From assembly GCA_905330535.1 (NCBI GenBank), contig CAJNVN010000141.1, positions 137,390-144,744 on the forward strand: 7,355 bases of DNA, read 5' to 3'. The notes beneath the pieces are model-generated. The model was given only the letters and a program-made list of their open reading frames with translations, did not search any database and had not been told where the DNA came from. Of the stretch, positions 1 to 6,656 are shown one piece after another (position 1 is the first letter of the stretch; each line of letters begins with the position of its first letter). The position numbers and the translations under genes are program-made. This DNA is from Rotaria sp. (taxonomy: Eukaryota).

Positions 1-188
1 CCAATGTAGCATGAATAGTGAAAAACTTTGTAGTCAAGTTTGAGATAAACCATTAAACGACAAGAATGTCTAGTATCATCATATTTCCATTCGAAAATGT
101 GAATAATGAACATACTTTGGTCGAGACAACAAACAAAATCAGTACAACCATTAAGTATTGTTAAACTGTATGCCGCACATGTTGCTTG
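1..188 (-). CDS. Exon-like coding remnant of the NLR-like gene (WD40-like region), open to the window edge
   Basis: The frame is stop-free from 188 down to position 1: QATCAAYSLTILNGCTDFVCCLDQSMFIIHIFEWKYDDTRHSCRLMVYLKLDYKVFHYSCYI. It has a beta-strand-rich, W-containing pattern like WD40 blades. It is absent from the ORF track only because it lacks a long Met-initiated stretch and hits the edge. Confidence 0.4.
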
Positions 189-253
189 TTATTTAACAAG
201 AATAATAAAGTATGTATCACATGAATGAAAGATGGCAACGGATTCATCACTCA

Positions 254-766
254 GCCATATGAGTGTACTATGAAATTTTTTGAAGAAGAATTGTCGATGA
301 AATCCAAAACGGCTGATAATTGGCAAATGATTGATCTTTTATAGGCGATCTTTTCAGAAAGATTGAAATGAAAGAAAATCATGTGTGATTCACTTTCAGA
401 ACAGTAAGCATAAGTTTCACCATTGAAAAATATGCTTCTTTTCCCCAATTTTTTTTTCAACACAGTAATAAATGTAAAGTGCACTTCATTGGCAATATGA
501 TCATCAGCATATTTTGCTTTTGCAATTATATAATGGATTATATTTGTCTCAAGTGTAATTTTGAATCTGGAACATTGTAAGATAGGTTCCTCTACTCGCT
601 ATTGACCAATTGATATCGGTTTTAAACAACTCCAAATATCAATTGATTTACTGCCTTTCGAACAAACGAGCAGAGCACTGTTGAAGACGAAGTCCACATA
701 CAGCAAATTATCAATATTCAATTGTAGCATGACTTTCTGATAATGCATACATATTCTGGATGAGTT
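254..766 (-). CDS. Exon-like coding remnant (WD40-like repeats) with one in-frame TAG
   Basis: A single frame runs 766->254: ...NIDNLLYVDFVFNSALLVCSKGSKSIDIWSCLKPISIGQ*RVEEPILQCSRFKITLETNIIHYIIAKAKYADDHIANEVHFTF...IVHSYG. It is interrupted only by TAG at 599-601. LLVCSKGSKSIDIWS looks like the end of a WD40 repeat. Exon limits are not resolved. Confidence 0.45.
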
Positions 767-893
767 TTAAGTGATGTGAATTCGTTCTGTGGCAAGTCAT
801 ATTCTTCAAATTTACCAGATCAATAACCAGCACTTGTACAAATAATAATAAACTTCCCTTGAAGAAGTATAAGCAGAATATGCTTTAACTTAC

Positions 894-1517
894 AGCATAA
901 ACAATGCCAATTACATTTTTCATCAAACACCAATCCGAAGACTGCATTTCATTTTTAATCATATGTAACGCACAATTACATTGACATTGGCAAAGTAGAT
1001 TGTAAATCAATTCGGACAATACATCAGAAAAATGTACTAATCGAGAGGAAATCTCGAAAACAAAATTGTTCGGATATTTTTCAAGGATGACAGAAACTAT
1101 TTGATATTGTGTAAGAAGAAATCGAAGTTGGACAAATGAACTTTTAGGTGATAATCGATCACTCATTTTGTAACATTGAAAATAACTCGACATGAATTCA
1201 TAGTCGTAGACAAAACAAGGTTCATCCAAATAGTTGTCGATATTTCTGCACAATTAATTGATTCGTCTGATATTGAATTTTCGATTTTGTGTGAGATGTC
1301 GATTAACAAGAATCGAAGAAATTCCATGACTTTTTTCTATTAACTTTCGAGATTTAATTTCAAATGATTGAGTATGAAAATTGGGAAAACCCAGAATATT
1401 GTCGGCAAAGTAAGCACGTCGAACAAGCTCAATTGTCTTGATTTCTTCATCATTTAATATTTTATATTCATGAAAATTGCGATGATAGTTAAATGAGAAA
1501 ATGAGTTTAATCGAATC
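894..1517 (-). CDS. Exon-like coding remnant (helical region after the NACHT module) with one in-frame TAA
   Basis: A single frame runs 1517->894: DSIKLIFSFNYHRNFHEYKILNDEEIKTIELVRRAYFADNILGFPNFHTQSFEIKSRKLIEKSHGISSILVNRHLTQNRKFNIRRIN*LCRNIDNYLDEPCFVYDYEF...VIGIVYA. It is broken only by TAA at 1254-1256 and ends at a GTAAGT donor (893-888). The upstream exon limit is uncertain. Confidence 0.55.
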
Positions 1518-1814
1518 TTAATCAATCATGACACCCTTAGGGGAAATAGTATTTTCGATTTTCTAAATTTTTTCTATCCGATATAATCTCAATTTTGATC
1601 TACTTTGTTCAATTCAACACTCTTTTTAAGCAATTCAAATTCCGTTGCTATTTTTTTCAATATCTACAGCAGTTGTCTATAACGGTTATTTCAAAAAAAA
1701 CATTACATTTATTTCAAGATTGGTGCAATCAATTACATCGAAAATCTAGAATTAATTGTATTCATATTGAAACAAAGGATCTGAAAATCAATGTCAATAT
1801 GAAACATATATTGA

Positions 1815-1867
1815 CTGAGTTAGTAATTATAAAGATGAAGAAACGTCCAAAAATCGCTGTCATATAC
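1815..1867 (-). other. Probable spliceosomal intron (53 nt)
   Basis: On the minus strand it reads GTATATG...ATTACTAACTCAG, with a TACTAAC branch-point-like motif just before the AG. The flanking coding frames in 1518-2061 are too degraded to confirm the phase. Confidence 0.35.
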
Positions 1868-2061
1868 TTCTATCATTTTCGAAATAGTAATAGTTGTTTA
1901 TGCAAAACTGTCTCAATTCTTGGATTCGATTTGGTCAAAAAAAGAAAAGTGTTCACATTGCTTGAGCTATGTAAGTATTTAGTTTGGAATAAAATCGTTA
2001 GCAATTCTAATTGATTAGGCAAGTGACTATTTTAGATTGAAATCCACTAAATAAAATGTAC

Positions 2062-2914
2062 CAATAAATAGATTATGGGCGTATTATCGACATATTTTTC
2101 CACGAGGTTGTTTTGCATATCATTGCGCATACGAATCCATAGCGTACTCGGTATTCGAAAAATGTTAACTGGTGAAAGATAGTGGACAAATATGGCTTGA
2201 AGAACTTGATTGTCGGCACTCAGCATATCTTCCAGTTCGATTGCAGTGAGACCTCCTCCTTGTTGAAGATAAGCCATCGCTCGTTTAAAAAACACTTCGT
2301 TGTGCTTCTTCGATAATTGAGAATATAAATAGTCTATGCCATCATTGGCTTCTGTTATATTCAGTATAAACAGTATGAGATTGAAGTTTTGACTGTGACC
2401 AACTCGTTTGAAGCGAAGACATCGACGATCGCGTTTTAACCATGACTGAAATACTTCCTTAGCCAAATCTTCATGGAATACGGTTATTTCAATCATTGAA
2501 GCATCGCCAAGAAGTGACTGTAATCCATGAAGAATTTCGTATTTTTCTGGAGGATCTTTTTTTTTCCTCAGAAATCATCGGTATTATAGATACAATGCAT
2601 TTGAGATTCTGTGAATAGTTGGCCAGTAATTATTTTGAGCAGTCGTAGTTTTCAATTTGTAGTTGATCGATTGAATCAAAGAGAAGAACGAGGGTTTCAT
2701 CTGTCGGAATTTGAGTCAAAATTTGTTCAAATATTTTCTTTAACTTCTCAATTTTTATTGATTCACTGATAGAAGAAAGTCGGATATCATAGATAGCACA
2801 GATTTTTTTCATCATCGAGATTAGTGATTGACGAATGTCACTTGATAATGGCGTTGTACTAAGAAAACGTAATATGATAGAGACGGAGCTTGAGTTAGGA
2901 AATCACGTTGAAGC
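2062..2914 (-). CDS. Large exon remnant: rest of the NACHT NTPase (Walker B-like) plus helical/winged-helix part
   Basis: Phase-0 start after the intron at 2915-2964. Reads AST*FPNSSSVSIILRFLSTTPLSSDIRQSLISMMKKICAIYD...TDETLVLLFDSIDQLQIENYDCSK*LLANYSQNLKCIVSIIPMISEEKK, then a frameshift in the A9 run, then DPPEKYEILHGLQSLLGDASMIEITVFHEDLAKEVFQSWLKRDRRCL...GGLTAIELEDMLSADNQVLQAIFVHYLSPVNIFRIPSTLWIRMRNDMQNNLVEKYVDNTPIIYLL. LVLLFD is an hhhhD Walker B pattern. TGA 2903-2905 sits where a Trp is expected. The proposed donor GTACAT at 2061 is tentative. Confidence 0.7.
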
Positions 2915-2964
2915 CTTATAAGTAAAGTAGATGTAAGGTTTTATTAATATAATACTAAAATCAC
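2915..2964 (-). other. Spliceosomal intron (50 nt, GTGATT...TATAAG)
   Basis: Canonical GT-AG. After repair of the 1-nt deletion, the phase-0 end of the P-loop exon joins the phase-0 frame that carries RFLSTTPLSS. Confidence 0.6.
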
Positions 2965-3041
2965 CTTGATTGCCACTTCAGCAATAATAGAAGATTTTCC
3001 TTGTCTGATTCACCATACATTGTGTATGGTCGTGATTCATT
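2965..3041 (-). CDS. P-loop (Walker A) exon remnant with a 1-nt deletion
   Basis: The 77-nt exon reads NESRPYTMYGES in the incoming frame, then QGKSSIIAEVAIK in the next frame. Adding one G at TCA-G^AC (3003-3005) gives NESRPYTMYGESGQGKSSIIAEVAIK. That is exactly 26 codons with a perfect GxxxxGKS motif. Confidence 0.75.
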
Positions 3042-3110
3042 CTACAATAAAAAATTGTTGATCTATAAAATGTGACGATGAGATCTGCTCTATGAATTAT
3101 CAATGTTCAC
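3042..3110 (-). other. Spliceosomal intron (69 nt, GTGAAC...TTATTGTAG)
   Basis: Canonical GT-AG with a pyrimidine/T-rich 3' end. It joins ...RDNIFVQ (phase 0) to NESRPYTMYGES in frame. Confidence 0.6.
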
Positions 3111-3288
3111 CTGCACAAATATATTATCACGTGGAAAATATCGTTCATTAAACATTCTGCACTGAATTTCATGTTCCAAAACTTCGTCCTACAAAATGTC
3201 TGTTGGTCGAGTTTGCTTCATGTGATAATCGACTTGATTCTTTATAGCAGTATAGAAATCGTCTTTAAAATCAGCCAGATATTTCATT
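3111..3288 (-). CDS. Exon remnant upstream of the P-loop with an in-frame TAG
   Basis: 1 nt plus 59 codons: (K)MKYLADFKDDFYTAIKNQVDYHMKQTRPTDIL*DEVLEHEIQCRMFNERYFPRDNIFVQ. TAG at 3189-3191 lies in an otherwise continuous frame. Confidence 0.6.
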
Positions 3289-3353
3289 CTACTTAATTCA
3301 TCTGTTCAATTTAACCTAAAAATTAATATTATGTATCTCAGTAGTTCGAAAAC
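3289..3353 (-). other. Probable spliceosomal intron (65 nt, GTTTTC...TTAAGTAG)
   Basis: GT-AG. Removing it joins ...VTYRVCSKK to MKYLADF in frame. The boundaries were chosen partly for frame fit, so confidence is lower. Confidence 0.4.
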
Positions 3354-3579
3354 TTCTTTGAACAAACCCGATATGTGACCATGTTATTCGAACCAAGTTC
3401 AGTTTCGACAAAAGCCTTCAAGTTTGTTAGCAGTAATTTACTATGTTCATCATTTGTATCGCTAAACTTCACTTTGAGTTTCGAGTCAAAATGATCTATA
3501 TCATCTATTTCGCGAAAGAAAGCAACTATGCGTTGCAGTTGATTTTTATTGTTGTTCAATGCTCGATAAATTTATTTCG
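3354..3579 (-). CDS. Exon remnant (linker region) with a frame break near its 5' end
   Basis: The incoming phase-0 frame reads RNKFIEH* while the long frame reads ALNNNKNQLQRIVAFFREIDDIDHFDSKLKVKFSDTNDEHSKLLLTNLKAFVETELGSNNMVTYRVCSKK. The exon length (226 nt) does not fit the flanking phases, which implies an indel within about 3557-3579. Confidence 0.5.
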
Positions 3580-3633
3580 CTGTTACTAAACATTTTGATA
3601 TGCATATCGGATGACGAACTTTGATCAACTCAC
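3580..3633 (-). other. Spliceosomal intron (54 nt, GTGAGT...TAACAG)
   Basis: Strong GTGAGT donor directly after a complete codon (..TYQ), with a canonical AG acceptor. Confidence 0.6.
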
Positions 3634-3918
3634 CTGATATGTGAAATTCATTTCTGTCATATTCACTTAAAGTCTTGTATCAGAGGCTTGACGCAAGATC
3701 TTTTGGAGTTTCTCATTGGACGCATTCCATTCATTTTTTCTCTTGGAATCGATGGATTGGAGAACATAGACAGGATCGAGTAAATTTTCATCTAATCGAT
3801 ACGTTTGATTTACAAAAAGTCTTTTGTCTGAAGACAAAACGCTTTCAAGTGGTTGAAAAATGTTTTTGACAATTCGTACGGATAGCATCCTACTTTCATA
3901 TCAATGAATTAACAGAAT
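3634..3918 (-). CDS. Exon remnant (region after DUF4062) with two in-frame stops
   Basis: Exactly 95 codons between splice sites: ILLIH*YESRMLSVRIVKNIFQPLESVLSSDKRLFVNQTYRLDENLLDPVYVLQSIDSKRKNEWNASNEKLQKILRQASDTRL*VNMTEMNFTYQ. From memory it resembles the NWD-type stretch ..LLGxKYGYRP..I...FE.L......WY..DEN..PPxYxLQPI. Stops are TGA 3901-3903 and TAA 3667-3669. Confidence 0.65.
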
Positions 3919-3978
3919 CTAAAATAAGATCTAATCATTTTTTAAATCTCGGTCGTCAGTCAATTTGAAGGAACTCAC
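3919..3978 (-). other. Spliceosomal intron (60 nt, GTGAGT...TTATTTTAG)
   Basis: Canonical GT-AG. It joins ...SPATNCA to ILLIH.. in phase 0. An alternative AG 12 nt upstream is also frame-compatible but would add a TAG. Confidence 0.55.
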
Positions 3979-4173
3979 AGCACAATTGGTCGCTGGCGAG
4001 TGACGATAAAATTGTTGCAACTCTTGCAAACATGTGTCCACAGTCGAATCAGTAACCAATACAAGTAGCAACAATATAGTCACCCTGAAACTGAATGTTA
4101 TACATCTTTTGGCAATATTCTCGGAGTTTTTGATAAACTGATAAAATAAGTGCATCACGTTCTTCGACTGTAT
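3979..4173 (-). CDS. Exon 2 remnant (DUF4062-like core) with a frameshift
   Basis: Reads (T)DTVEERDALILSVYQKLREYCQKMYNIQFQGDYIVATCIGY*, then the adjacent frame reads VTDSTVDTCLQELQQFYRHSPATNCA. The 195-nt length is incompatible with phase-1 entry and phase-0 exit, which requires a +1/-2 indel near 4052-4057. Confidence 0.65.
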
Positions 4174-4227
4174 CTTCAAGTGTAAACGCACATGGTACAG
4201 TCATTGGTTGATTAAAAGAAAATTTAC
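4174..4227 (-). other. Spliceosomal intron 1 (54 nt, GTAAAT...CTTGAAG), in-frame and stop-free
   Basis: The ORF track reads through it (GKFSFNQPMTVPCAFTLE). Removing it gives RVFISSTFT-DTVEERDAL, the compact STF..EERD spacing typical of DUF4062-type N-termini. Confidence 0.6.
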
Positions 4228-4306
4228 CTGTAAAAGTAGAACTGATGAAGACCCGCAATGAATTTGATTTATGATCGGGAACATCGACAAGAGGACCCTG
4301 AAACAT
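4228..4306 (-). CDS. Exon 1 with start codon
   Basis: ATG at 4304-4306: MFQGPLVDVPDHKSNSLRVFISSTFT, ending at a GT donor at 4227. Confidence 0.7.
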
Positions 4307-4478
4307 TGATTATTCATTGTCATCTGTTTTGACTCATTTAAATTATATGAAATAGTCCGATCATCATTTGACATTTTCATTGTCTAGTAAAAGAAATTTG
4401 CTGAAGGTCAATTCTATTATTATTTGAAACAAAGACAATTCAGTCAATGATAACGATTAATCAACATGTTTGCAAAAA

Positions 4479-4541
4479 GGGTGTGGATGTGGTTCTCCGG
4501 TTGAAAATCCTACAACCACACCCCCACCCACATCCACACCC
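4479..4541. repeat. Perfect 14-bp inverted repeat (hairpin) with a 35-nt loop
   Basis: GGGTGTGGATGTGG (4479-4492) is the exact reverse complement of CCACATCCACACCC (4528-4541). Pairing stops on both sides of the 14 bp. Confidence 0.85.
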
Positions 4542-4676
4542 CATGGGTACACTGACTTCCACATTACTACACTGACATCCACTCTCACACTCCCACACAC
4601 ACACCGCACAGGAACGCTGACACCCAAACAGACCCGCATCCACATCCGGACCCGCCCACACCGCATACCCATACCC
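4479..4676. repeat. GT/CA-rich island A: degenerate CCCACA/TGTGGG-like (telomere-like) low-complexity block
   Basis: A G-rich head (GGGTGTGGATGTGG) is followed by a long C/A-rich body (CCACACCCCCACCCACATCCACACCCC...TCCCACACACACACC...CCCGCCCACACCGCATACCCATACCC). A hand count over 4511-4676 gives about 58% G+C with strong C>G skew, against flanks that are mostly below 40%. Confidence 0.8.
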
Positions 4677-5535
4677 TGAAAGACAAGATTATTTGGAAAA
4701 GAAAATTCCTAAGGTGAACCCGTACTCTAAACTCCGAAGAAAAAATTTTATTTTAGAAATTGATAAATGATGCATCAATGGATGCAGGTTTGCATACTAA
4801 TTCCAAATATTTCTTTATTTTCCCGCCAAAGTACTTCTGTAGTAAAGAAAGCGCGAAAAACATTCTCTGAAAGTTTTCTCGACATCAGGTTAATGAAAAA
4901 AATGACGGTCGCCTTTCAAACACACCTAACATAAAAAAGAATGATTATTTTTTCAAAGCGAACACTATTCGCTACAATTTGACCTTCTTTATACTAAACT
5001 TGAAAAAGATCTGTTTGATATTTTTCACCAAATATCCATTGTACGTTATTCCGTTGGTGTTATACTGAAAATTGTTCTCGATCCTTTTTTTTGTTATTCT
5101 TATACCTCTTTTTTTTTGTTCGAATATAATTCGTCGAACCACTAGAATCAATTATACTCATAGATCATTTTATGATGCTAATCAAAAATGATAGTTTGTA
5201 TTTGGTTTTTAACTCAAAGGAATAATTTTCTTAAAAATTAAATAAAAAAAATTATTTTACTTTTGAATAAGTAATTTTGTTATTTCTCCATCAGGTTTAT
5301 TAATTGGATCATAGGGTTTCCATCATGTTGTTCATTCTTTTTTCATACTCAGTTATTGTTGATGAATATGAGCAGTAGGTCCATCTAATTTATTTTTTTT
5401 TGTAATAAGAGTTTTTATTGTCTACCTCATTTTTTCATTGTTAATAAATGATTGATACTTGCTTTATCGCAATCCATTGAATGAATCAACGATTAAATTA
5501 TAAAAAAAAGATTTTGTAAGTTAACATGGAGAGAT

Positions 5536-5588
5536 GGTTATGGGTATGGGTGGATGTGATTCAACAGGTTAGTCTGACCCACAAACCC
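5536..5588. repeat. GT/CA-rich island B (short copy related to the head of island A)
   Basis: GGTTATGGGTATGGGTGGATGTG-ATTCAACAGGTTAGTCTGA-CCCACAAACCC. The segment GGATGTGATTCAACAGGTTA aligns with island A GGATGTGGTTCTCCGGTTG, matching 15 of about 20 columns. Confidence 0.6.
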
Positions 5589-5681
5589 TCTTCTTTTATT
5601 CTATATTCACACACACCGTCAAAAGTTCGAGAAACTTTCAATATTAACTATTCATTCGATCATAACTCAATCGAATCAGCA

Positions 5682-5754
5682 ATGAATGACAATAGTAGTG
5701 GATCAGAGCACTCAGTCACTTCGAATAATGCATCACAATCTAATTCAATGAGAC
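5682..5754 (+). CDS. Speculative first exon of an orphan gene
   Basis: ATG at 5682: MNDNSSGSEHSVTSNNASQSNSMR, followed by a consensus GTAAGT donor at 5755-5760. I could not assemble a convincing downstream exon and recognised no homology. Confidence 0.15.
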
Positions 5755-6265
5755 GTAAGTAATCAATATTGATGATTGACAAAAATTAATGGAAAGACAC
5801 ATTTTTCTCACTGATTTTGTATCGGAAATCGGCTTGTAGGAGAGAGAGTACTTGAGCCTGTAAATTAGGATCGTTTTCAGAAACCTGATTCATTTCTCGT
5901 TCGATAGTGATAAATACTCAGATTTTCTGTTTAATTGAAGTCAAACAAAACCCTTTGTTTTTAAATGGCGCTGAAGTCATCATTTCAAAAATCGAGATAT
6001 GATAGCGACGAATTGATGACGAAATTTCTTTACTGTCCGTCCAAAACGAATTGGAATGGTAGTTTTCGTTTTCCAGACAAAGAAATATTCATACATCTCA
6101 CTGCTATTTTTCTTTCTATGATCGGTTATAACGATTTCAAAATCGAAAAAGAATATTATTATACGAAACATTTTTCTTTTGTTGTAATACAAATTAAAGT
6201 GATTATTGGTATCCTTTCTGTCGAAATGTAGACCAGCGATTATTATTTTGTAATATTAATTAGCA

Positions 6266-6405
6266 GGTGCATGTGTGCTTGCAGACATGTATATAATGAA
6301 GATCCACACCCACCCACACCCACACCCCATCCATCTCCACTTGACGATGTGCGTGTGGGCGTGTCGTAGCTGTGGCTAAAACATTGATCCATACCCACCC
6401 CCCTG
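6266..6405. repeat. GT/CA-rich island C: telomere-like CCCACA units plus G4/i-motif pattern
   Basis: GGTGCATGTGTGC...CCACACCCACCCACACCCACACCCCAT...GATGTGCGTGTGGGCGTG...CCATACCCACCCCCCTG. Two perfect tandem CCCACA units lie at 6313-6324. Its start and end match those of island A. Confidence 0.8.
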
Positions 6406-6656
6406 AAATTACTAATTGTGACAAAACGTTCAGTTTTGAGCGATTTTTTATTCACAAACATGAACATTAAAAAAACTATTTTAAACGAAGTACAGTTGCA
6501 GTGAAATGTCAACCATTTTTAACCCACCACTCGAGGAAAATAAAACTAAGACAACGACGAAAAATAGTTTCTCATATGTATTAATTATGATTGTGAATGG
6601 CAAGGACTGGTCTGTCAGGTTTGTTGACTGGAAAGAAAAATTAAATAACATTTATG

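Larger units (their letters stand above)
1..4306 (-). pseudogene. Decayed multi-exon NLR-like STAND NTPase gene (DUF4062-like N-terminus + NACHT P-loop NTPase + WD40-like repeats; NWD1/NWD2-like architecture). 5' end at ATG 4304-4306; 3' part continues beyond the left edge.
   Basis: Colinear homology-bearing exon blocks on the minus strand are joined by GT-AG introns of 50-69 nt whose phases fit the conserved frames. Frame-preserving in-frame stops: TGA 3901-3903, TAA 3667-3669, TAG 3189-3191, TGA 2903-2905, TAA 2630-2632, TAA 1254-1256, TAG 599-601. Frame breaks lie near 4052-4057, in 3557-3579, at 3003-3005 (Walker A) and in the A9 run 2557-2565. The family assignment comes from remembered motifs, not a search. 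Confidence 0.7.

Noticed and set aside
481-510. CTGATGA (minus strand, 501-507) followed by a small TCAT/ATGA stem, examined as a possible hammerhead-ribozyme core of a Penelope-like element
   Set aside because: No GAAA core element follows the stem, and no stems I or III could be built. The site lies inside the WD40-like coding remnant.
1595-2014. Plus-strand 139-aa ORF (MIYFVQFNTLFKQFKF...)
   Set aside because: It lies antisense to degraded exon and intron sequence of the NLR-like gene. It has a Phe/Lys/Ile/Asn-rich composition typical of AT-rich noise, with no recognisable motif.
2627-2635. AAA-TAA at 2630-2635 resembles a Euplotes-type +1 programmed frameshift site
   Set aside because: The zero frame after the stop (LLANYSQNLKCIVSIIP) continues the conserved protein, whereas the +1 frame (NYWPTIHRISNALYL*) does not. 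The other internal stops lack the AAA context.
3379-3397. GGTTCGAAT (minus strand) resembling a tRNA T-loop
   Set aside because: The flanking bases do not form a T-stem, and no acceptor or anticodon arms are present. It lies within a coding-remnant frame (ELGSNNMV).
599-3903. Possibility that the in-frame TAA/TAG/TGA codons reflect a reassigned genetic code (ciliate-type TAA/TAG=Gln, or Condylostoma-type with TGA=Trp)
   Set aside because: Only about 7 such codons occur in over 1000 codons, and Gln is otherwise encoded by CAA/CAG. The about 230-codon beta-helix ORF has none and ends at TAA. Reassignment also would not explain the frameshifts, including the one in the P-loop. Ordinary nonsense mutations fit better.
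4457-4679. Three overlapping ORFs on both strands (66-71 aa) across island A, for example MQKGCGCGSPVENPTTTPPPTSTPHG... and MGMRCGRVRMWMRVCLGV...
   Set aside because: C/A-rich (and complementary G/T-rich) low-complexity DNA cannot form TAA/TAG/TGA, so several frames stay open at once. The peptides are repetitive, with no recognisable domain. This is a compositional artefact.
5965-6231. An overlapping plus/minus ORF pair (88 and 70 aa) in the spacer, and the 5526-5762 ORF starting inside island B
   Set aside because: There is no recognisable similarity. Both strands are open over the same AT-rich stretch. The 5526 ORF owes its 5' half to the stop-free G-rich island.
4479-6405. The idea that one of the islands encodes a telomerase RNA template, or that the window is a true chromosome terminus
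   Set aside because: A template needs only about 1.5 repeat units within a structured RNA, and I could not support any such structure or promoter. The tracts are short, degenerate, internal and of mixed polarity, so they are interstitial rather than terminal arrays.
6243-6512. Minus-strand 89-aa ORF spanning island C
   Set aside because: It has the same cause as the island A ORFs. The open stretch coincides with the stop-free CA/GT block, and the remainder is short AT-rich sequence with no motif.
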